From: Terriglobia bacterium
Lineage (GTDB): Bacteria > Acidobacteriota > Terriglobia > 20CM-2-55-15
DNA length: 64,000 nucleotides
NCBI GenBank assembly: GCA_963664115.2
Contig: CAXWPJ010000009.1
Location: 160,001-224,000, forward strand
Direction of reading: 5' to 3'
The translations under genes and the position numbers were made by a program. Below, in pieces: positions 57,501 through 64,000 of the stretch (within the stretch, counting starts at the first letter, position 1; the number at the start of each line of letters is the position of its first letter). Under the pieces are notes generated by a model. The model saw only the letters and a list, made by a program, of their open reading frames with translations. It made no database searches and was not told the DNA's origin.

Positions 57501-58874
57501 TCATTGATCGAGGACCGGAACCTGTTCCAGAAATCGTGAATCCCGGGTGCCAAGCGCTCCGACAATCCGAATCGGCATATTCGAACGGATCCGCACGTAT
57601 CCCGATTGGAAAGTCTCGGGCAAAACTCTAGTGTGCTGACCCCTCGGAGAGAGCGATACTTCTTCCACTTCCATGACAGTGCCGTCGGCTTCTACGAACT
57701 CGATCGTGACTTCGGTCTGGACGGCCAGCAGTTCGTTGGGATTGGCGATGGCAAGCCCGGAGTAGTAGGTGCTCCCACCCAGAGCCAACGGAATGACCCA
57801 TGGACCCGCCGACGCAGGACCGATGGGGTATGACATCGACGACTGGGTAAAGGTCCCCTGTCCGATGGCGGCAACCTCCACGTTCCCGACCAGAGCAACC
57901 GCCTGGTTCTGGGAGTCGCGAATCCTTATGTACCCATCCACAACGGGAGCCGGGAAAATGGCGATCGTGACAACGCCAAACAGTTCCTGAACGTCACTGC
58001 GAATACCCTCGCCCGGTCCCAGCGTACGCTCGACCACTTCTCCGACAACATTTCCGGAACCGTCCTCAGCAATGAGTTCGACGGTGAGTGTTTCCTCAGT
58101 GGAATTGACGAGGTTCAGCGTCGATCGATACCCCCCGCCGAAAACGAAGAACGGAGCCAGATACAGACCTGTAGTCTCCCCCACAGCTTGGGCGTCCAGA
58201 ACGTTCGAGAAGAGCGGCGTCTCCACTCTCTGCCAGGCAACGACAGCGTCACCCGAGCTCAGGCGAAGGTAGCCTTCGAAGGCACGCCCCCCCGCACCGT
58301 TGTCGGGCAGGACATCGCTGAAGGCTTCAGAGATCTTCAACGTGACGTGCCTGTTGGCACCCAGAGTGATAGGGACGCTCCCCACCGAAACGCCGTCGAG
58401 ACCAATCAGTTCGAGCGTAACGCTGGCTGGAAAGAAACCTCCCGGCCTCGCAATCGTGACGAGGGTATCGGTGTGCCCCAACTCTTTGAAGCCCGTGTCC
58501 ACACGGACGTCGGGAAGGGTGAGTGACGTCGCGGGTAAAACAGGCTCAGCGATCGTGAGACGGTCCGGGTCTCCGTGAGCCAGAACGACGTCCACGCTTG
58601 AGCCACCGGAATCCACTCGGATCCAACCCGAATCCGGACGCACACCCCCGACAAGAATTTCTTCCAGCAGCAATGCACGTTGTTCACCTGCAACCAGAGT
58701 CACCTGCCCACCCAAGACGCTACCGGTGTCACCATCTGTCGCCGACACCTCGACGATGGCCGTCGAATTTCCTGAATTGACGAACGAAAGCCCGATGTAG
58801 TCGTTGGGACCTGTGTCGAAAAGAGGTAGAAAGCTCTGGAGCAGCAACGTCAGGAAAAGAGCCGGCATTGTCAT
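57501..58874 (-). CDS. exported hypothetical protein with about 4 repeats of a beta-sandwich unit
   Basis: Hydrophobic N-terminus from ATG 58874. Repeated [GL]..VN/AN...V.......DG and G[WY].R[IVL] units. Confidence 0.8.
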   Translation of the reverse strand: MTMPALFLTLLLQSFLPLFDTGPNDYIGLSFVNSGNSTAIVEVSATDGDTGSVLGGQVTLVAGEQRALLLEEILVGGVRPDSGWIRVDSGGSSVDVVLAHGDPDRLTIAEPVLPATSLTLPDVRVDTGFKELGHTDTLVTIARPGGFFPASVTLELIGLDGVSVGSVPITLGANRHVTLKISEAFSDVLPDNGAGGRAFEGYLRLSSGDAVVAWQRVETPLFSNVLDAQAVGETTGLYLAPFFVFGGGYRSTLNLVNSTEETLTVELIAEDGSGNVVGEVVERTLGPGEGIRSDVQELFGVVTIAIFPAPVVDGYIRIRDSQNQAVALVGNVEVAAIGQGTFTQSSMSYPIGPASAGPWVIPLALGGSTYYSGLAIANPNELLAVQTEVTIEFVEADGTVMEVEEVSLSPRGQHTRVLPETFQSGYVRIRSNMPIRIVGALGTRDSRFLEQVPVLDQ

Positions 58875-58875
58875 G

Positions 58876-60033
58876 CTAGTGGTCCCCGTCAAACAGACTG
58901 TACCTTATTGAGGCTCTTGCGAGCGCGTTGGACTTTTTCAAGGATGTCGGAAGCCTTAGCGGTCCAGATGAACGGCTTTGGATTCTGGTTATGGCCGGCG
59001 ACGTAGTTTTCCACGGCCCTTATTAACTCCGGAACAGAGCAGAAAACCCCACGCCGAAGCCGTTGTTCAGAAAGATCCCGGAAGAAGCGTTCAACCATGT
59101 TGAGCCAGGATGCGCTGGTTGGCGTGAAGTGCACATGAAATCGTGAGTTGCGCTTGAGCCAGTTGACGGCTTTCTGGTGTTTGTGCGTCGCATAGTTGTC
59201 GCAGATGATATGGATCTGCTTGTCTTTGGGCACGGAGCGTTTGATTGTATTGAGAAACCGAATCCACTCCTGATGCCGATGCTTGGGCATGCAGGTCCCA
59301 ATCACTGAACCGTCCAGGGTATTGAGCGCGGCGAACAACGTGGTCGTTCCATTGCGCTTGTAATCGTGGGTCATGGTGCCACCGCGCCCCTTCTTCAAAG
59401 GTAACCCGGGTTGCGTACGATCCAGGGCCTGCATCTGGCTCTTCTCATCGCAGGATAAGACGATGGCGTTTTCCGGCGGACTCAGATACAGACCGACCAC
59501 ATCCTCCAGCTTCTCGGCAAATTGTTTGTCGTTGGACAGTTTGAATGTGCGTGACAGATGTGGCTTCAGTCCATGGGCCCGCCAAATCCTTCCGACTGTC
59601 GCATCGCTGACTCCGGTCGCCGCCGCCATCAAAGACCGGCTCCAATGCGTCGCGTTGGGGGGCTTCTCTTCAATCGTCTTCTTCACGATCCGGGCCCGCT
59701 TCCGGGCGCTGATCGAGGGAATTCGTCCACTTCGGTGCGCGTCCTTTTCGATCCCTGCCAGTCCATGTCGCACAAAACGATCGCGCCATCGCCCGGCCTT
59801 CTGGCGCGTAATCTTCAGCCGGGCTGCGATATCCTGATTATTCAGCCCTTCGTCGGCCAGTAAGATAATTCGGGATCGTTCTGCCAACCGTACCGTCGTA
59901 CTCCGGCTTCGACTCAGTCGTTTCAATTCCTTGCGCTGTTCGTTATCCAATTCAATCGTTGCTGCTTTTCTCATACCTACATATGACGTTGGAAAAGCAA
60001 TTACGTTACATTAATTGTGATGGACTACACTAG
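58876..60033 (-). mobile_element. IS630-family element, variant B copy 2
   Basis: CTAG at both ends. Confidence 0.96.
58889..59974 (-). CDS. IS630-family DDE transposase
   Basis: Protein identical to 31829-32914. Confidence 0.97.
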   Translation of the reverse strand: MRKAATIELDNEQRKELKRLSRSRSTTVRLAERSRIILLADEGLNNQDIAARLKITRQKAGRWRDRFVRHGLAGIEKDAHRSGRIPSISARKRARIVKKTIEEKPPNATHWSRSLMAAATGVSDATVGRIWRAHGLKPHLSRTFKLSNDKQFAEKLEDVVGLYLSPPENAIVLSCDEKSQMQALDRTQPGLPLKKGRGGTMTHDYKRNGTTTLFAALNTLDGSVIGTCMPKHRHQEWIRFLNTIKRSVPKDKQIHIICDNYATHKHQKAVNWLKRNSRFHVHFTPTSASWLNMVERFFRDLSEQRLRRGVFCSVPELIRAVENYVAGHNQNPKPFIWTAKASDILEKVQRARKSLNKVQSV

Positions 60034-60264
60034 ATATAGACGGGAGGATGCGTTTAGCGTTTACGTGATCGAGACAAAAGTTGTAAGGAATTGATCGACA
60101 ACCTGGAACCGCTGGGAGTGGCTATGCGGTTTGTGTCCCGGAATGGGACAGGCGCCGAGACGAAGTCACTTTCGCCCTGGCGCCTTGGATTTATTCTACC
60201 TACTACGTTGGTTGCTAAGGTACCAGCGCGATTCCTTCTGCCTCAGGGTCGTTCTGGTCTCCAG

Positions 60265-62121
60265 CTAGTCCCAAAACAAGCGCATAACCAGTCCGCCGAG
60301 GCCCAGTTCGCGCCGATAGAATTCGAGGCATAGAATCCCGTTCCCGGATGGCCTGTTCCAGGTATCGAGTTTCTGTTGAATCTGTTTCAGTTCAGCCTCG
60401 CTGGTGTTGGACGGTTGACAGAAACCGGGACCTCGATCGCCCGGGCTCAGAGTCATGATCGGGTCAACATCGCAGAGGCTGACGCAACACATCCACCCCG
60501 CGGAACAAGACCGGCAACCACCGGTTCCAGGCCAGGATCCGGAACAGAATGCGCCGCCCGGTGCGCACGAGTTGGCACGGCACAAGCATGAAAGCGTTCA
60601 AGAAGGTTTTGAACTCCATGCGCAGCACGGTTTGCTTCTCAGCCTGATATTTTTGGCCCCAACGTCCGGTTTCGGGAAGCAGCAATGCAAACCACGCTTT
60701 CAGTGTCCAGGCCAGTGACGCGATCACCATGTAGGCCCAGTTGCTGGTCTGATCTCCGACCGGCATCCGCAACGCCTGAACGCCGTTCTTCAACTGCTCA
60801 ATGAGATTCTCCTGATTGCACCGTTGATTGGCACGCATCACAATCTGGTCGGCCGGATCCGAACGGTTGGTAATGTAGAAGAAGTACCGGATGTCGTCAA
60901 ACAACACCTGCTCTCCTTTGGCCACCGACAGATTCTTCCGCACCACGACGACACGGTAGTCCCGATCGCAGGCTCCGGGTCGATACCGAAACTCGGCCAC
61001 ATCCTCACCCTGCAAGCGGATATTGTCGAAACCGCGCTGCCGAACGATCTCTTCCTTCACGTTGTCGGGACGTTGGCGCGGTTCGGTCGCCACGTCGTAT
61101 TTCGCGGGCCGTTCCAGGCGCTTCCACTGGCGCGGCTCCAGTTCATCGGCCCGGGCCTTCAGGTTCGCCATCGCGTCAATCCCGAATATGAAACCCACCT
61201 GCTGGTCGTCCCATCCGTCCAGATGCCGGGTCTGGCTGAAGTCCGTGTCCCCGCGCAGCAGGATCTGGCGAAACCCCGCATGCCGGCACAATGCGATGGC
61301 TTGGTCGAACCGGACCGCGGCTCCTTCATGCGACGGCCGGTTGCCGCTACGATTGACCAGATACAGCGGTTCGGCGGTGTTGGCCAGCGAGATCATCAGC
61401 GGGTGATATCCCCACGTCCCGTCGTAGGCCACGTCCATCCCTTGCTTGCATTCCCCCGTGGTTTCGGCCAGTGTCCCGTCCGCGTCCAACACCGCTTCTT
61501 CGAAAAACGCCGCCGGTTGCTGTCGCCAGACTCCGAGCCGGACTTGATTGGTTGCCTCCATCAGACACTCCACGTCGTCGGCCTCGAATCTCCGGCAGAA
61601 GTCTCCCGCCGTCGTCGGATCCGGAATCCGTTGCGCTCCCAGCGCATCCAGATACACCGCATCGTTGCGCCGCAGTTCGATGTCTTCCAGGCACGTTCCT
61701 CCGCTCAAGGCGTTGTAGGCGATGTTCAGCACGTGATCCGACTCGTGATACGGCAGGTGCCGCTTCAACACATGCACGCCCTTGTCGATGGCTTCGATCA
61801 GCCCGGTCCGCCGCGCCACCAGTTGCATCGTCCCGATACCACCAACCGATGTGCCCCGCGTCCGCTCTCCCATCTCGTACTGAATGTTGCTCGCCGAAAA
61901 CATCGGCTCTACCTGATCCGTCCAATGCCGGTCCCCAAGCCGACGTTCGATTCGCCGCTTGCGGTTCCTCATGTTCTTGCGCGTATAATCGTTCATCTGA
62001 AATGCCTCCTTTTCCGAAGAATCTGTTCAAGGTTTTTTTCGCACGGAGAGGGGGCATTTCGGGTACTTCCGCTCTTATTGCACTATCATTTCCTCGTCAA
62101 TCACGCTTGTTCAGGGGCTAG
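60265..62121 (-). mobile_element. IS1380-family element
   Basis: Ends CTAG-TCCCAAAACAAGCG and CGCTTGTTCAGGGG-CTAG; CTAG is duplicated. Confidence 0.93.
60464..61996 (-). CDS. IS1380-family transposase
   Basis: LDADGT, GYHPL, RSGN..SH, LRGDTDF, FYITN, QRCNQENLIEQLK. Confidence 0.93.
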   Translation of the reverse strand: MNDYTRKNMRNRKRRIERRLGDRHWTDQVEPMFSASNIQYEMGERTRGTSVGGIGTMQLVARRTGLIEAIDKGVHVLKRHLPYHESDHVLNIAYNALSGGTCLEDIELRRNDAVYLDALGAQRIPDPTTAGDFCRRFEADDVECLMEATNQVRLGVWRQQPAAFFEEAVLDADGTLAETTGECKQGMDVAYDGTWGYHPLMISLANTAEPLYLVNRSGNRPSHEGAAVRFDQAIALCRHAGFRQILLRGDTDFSQTRHLDGWDDQQVGFIFGIDAMANLKARADELEPRQWKRLERPAKYDVATEPRQRPDNVKEEIVRQRGFDNIRLQGEDVAEFRYRPGACDRDYRVVVVRKNLSVAKGEQVLFDDIRYFFYITNRSDPADQIVMRANQRCNQENLIEQLKNGVQALRMPVGDQTSNWAYMVIASLAWTLKAWFALLLPETGRWGQKYQAEKQTVLRMEFKTFLNAFMLVPCQLVRTGRRILFRILAWNRWLPVLFRGVDVLRQPLRC

Positions 62122-63465
62122 TACAGACTCCAAAGGGAGATCTCCTCTTCCGTCACCCTCATACCGAAGCTCAATTCGGATGTCTTTCAAACTGATATCC
62201 GAGTTCTGCTGAATTAACCGTGCGACTATTCCGGCGACATGAGGGGAAGCCATGCTCGTGCCGGACATTCGCGTGGTCCCACCATTCAATTGAGTGGATA
62301 GAATTCCGATGGATTTCAACTGGCATCCTTTATTGATGTCTTCCTGTTTCTCGCCAGGAGCCGAAACGGTCACTCCAACTCCCAAAAACCCCGTCAGGTC
62401 CGAAGTATCTAAATAAAATGCTCCATCTGTCGTGAAATAAGAGGCCGTGTCCGCCAGCACAGGGTCCGGGTGGCGTTTGCACTGGCTTATTCCGTCCAGA
62501 GCCGTCGTGCTCGCCACAGCGAAGACCTCGGGAAAACCAGCGGGCACCATGTCCTTGACTTCCTTCGTCCGATCATTACCCGCAGAAACGACAACTGCGA
62601 CACCTTGGCCCGTCAATGCCGTAATGGCTGAACGCAAGGCAGAATCATCGGAACTGGCGGATCGGCCTAGACTCATGTTTACGACGTCGATCGAATTTCC
62701 AGCCGGAGAGGCGTTGTTTAAGTCCCAAATCGAGTTCAAGCCATAGATGACGCCCGAGTCTAAGCCGGAACCCGTAGAGTCAAGTACCTTAACGCAATAG
62801 AGATCAACTCCTGGCGACACCCCAAGGACATCAATGAGGTTGTCCTGTGCCGCCACAATACCCGCTACGTGAGTACCATGCCCATTGTCGTCCTGACATG
62901 TGCCACCGAAATCATCGTAGATAGCTACGACCTGCGGAAGATCATGATGCCCAAGATCGATTCCCGTATCTACAATCGCGACACCAACACCCAAACCAGT
63001 CCAGCTACCAGGACCCGCTCCTACCCGTACAACGCCTGAGGGAACTTCTTGGGGAGGTGGATCTCCACCGCCGTCACCTCCTCCTCCCTTTCCACCACCC
63101 GGGTTATCGGGCTTCTTATTCGCCCGCTGGAAGGCAAACACCGGTCTATCGGGTACGATGCTCAATACGGACGGATCGTTCCCCAAGGCGGCGAGCGCGT
63201 TCGCGTTTGGAACCGTCACCGCGATGGCGTTGATGATCGAGTAATTATGGCGGAGTGCCGCGCCGGCGTTGTTCGCTGCGACCGCCCGGACTGCGGGGAT
63301 CGTTCCGTCACGGAAGGTCACGATGTAGTTCTGGGGACCCTGGGCCATAGCGGGAAGGAAAGATCCCTGGACCAGGGTCAGCAGTATTGCAATCCCAATA
63401 CAGACAATGAATGGATGAACGGGCTTGGATACTTTGTGGGGGGCGGTGTTGGAGACGGTCGTCAT
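62101..63465 (-). CDS. S8 subtilisin-like serine protease with I9 propeptide; native C-terminus displaced by IS1380
   Basis: Catalytic triad VAIVDTG, HGTHVAG, SGTSMASPH. Removing the IS restores ...ESVLAGDQNDPEAEGIALVP*, with the stop at 60215-60217. Confidence 0.94.
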   Translation of the reverse strand: MTTVSNTAPHKVSKPVHPFIVCIGIAILLTLVQGSFLPAMAQGPQNYIVTFRDGTIPAVRAVAANNAGAALRHNYSIINAIAVTVPNANALAALGNDPSVLSIVPDRPVFAFQRANKKPDNPGGGKGGGGDGGGDPPPQEVPSGVVRVGAGPGSWTGLGVGVAIVDTGIDLGHHDLPQVVAIYDDFGGTCQDDNGHGTHVAGIVAAQDNLIDVLGVSPGVDLYCVKVLDSTGSGLDSGVIYGLNSIWDLNNASPAGNSIDVVNMSLGRSASSDDSALRSAITALTGQGVAVVVSAGNDRTKEVKDMVPAGFPEVFAVASTTALDGISQCKRHPDPVLADTASYFTTDGAFYLDTSDLTGFLGVGVTVSAPGEKQEDINKGCQLKSIGILSTQLNGGTTRMSGTSMASPHVAGIVARLIQQNSDISLKDIRIELRYEGDGRGDLPLESVLAPEQA

Positions 63466-63612
63466 TCTGAACCTCCGGTTCTAAGTACGCTACCTTCGCT
63501 TTATATAAGAGTAGGATTTTACCCTAGGGACACGCACGCTGTGTCAATATTTTGTCACAAACATTGCACGCCTGGTTTTTTGAGCATCTAACCCGTTTAT
63601 TCATATATTGTT

Positions 63613-64000
63613 ATGACTATCAATAACCAGGATTCAGAAGGCATTATTTCCTCGGATCCCTTCCTGCACTGGTTCGACGCATTGTGGGAACGTCACACGA
63701 AAGAGCTGACCTTTCAGGAAATTCGGAAGGCCGTACAGGCTCTCTCGCGAGCTTACGTTGAGACACGCGGTAAACGCGTCGCCTCTGCCCTGGCAAGCGC
63801 CGGGAAGCGTGCCGGCTTCGCTCTCTTCTATGGGCCGCTGCACTTCCTGTTGCTCCGGAACATCTGCAGGGAACTCGATGTCTCCAGACACAAATGCAAG
63901 CGGATCCTGGATCTGGGCTGCGGCACCGGAGTGAGCGGCGCAGCCTGCGCACTCGAAACCCGGAGCGAGCCCGAAATAGTCGGAATCGACCAAAATTCAT
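63613..64000 (+). CDS. SAM-dependent methyltransferase, partial (runs off the window; not in ORF track)
   Basis: My translation from ATG 63613: MTINNQD...VQALSRAYVE...FALFYGPLHF...RILDLGCGTG...IVGIDQNS. Confidence 0.85.
   Translation, partial: MTINNQDSEGIISSDPFLHWFDALWERHTKELTFQEIRKAVQALSRAYVETRGKRVASALASAGKRAGFALFYGPLHFLLLRNICRELDVSRHKCKRILDLGCGTGVSGAACALETRSEPEIVGIDQNS

Noticed and set aside
31816-60033. Composite transposon bounded by direct IS630-B copies
   Set aside because: CTAG flanks are uninformative as a duplication, and the 27-kb interior holds ordinary chromosomal genes.

Overview
This is a GC-rich bacterial chromosomal segment. It is most likely from Acidobacteriota, inferred from the acidobacterial-type VWA protein, the IPT/NHL giant protein and the FHA-GAF-sigma54 activator. 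It mixes housekeeping genes (purH, yebC, ruvC, msrB, lhgO, AmmeMemo B) with an ECF sigma/anti-sigma pair, an N-terminally truncated 2,888-aa surface protein and an adjacent sugar-nucleotide/glycosyltransferase cluster. Nine insertion sequences from five families (IS630 x5, IS1182-like, IS701, IS256, IS1380) cover about 11 kb, and all except IS256 abut a CTAG at one or both ends. A 5'-half tRNA-Ser with att-like flanks opens a decayed region in which a Ser/Thr kinase and a convergent FHA-GAF-sigma54 activator are both broken by IS elements. The best candidate for an undescribed system is at 48949-55752: a fused double-DUF1538 membrane protein, two divergent P-II-like proteins, a cyclic-nucleotide-binding CPA1 Na+/H+ antiporter and a Na+/alanine-type symporter with an extra inserted domain, preceded by a structured leader. 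All family assignments come from motif recognition by eye; no database searches were run.
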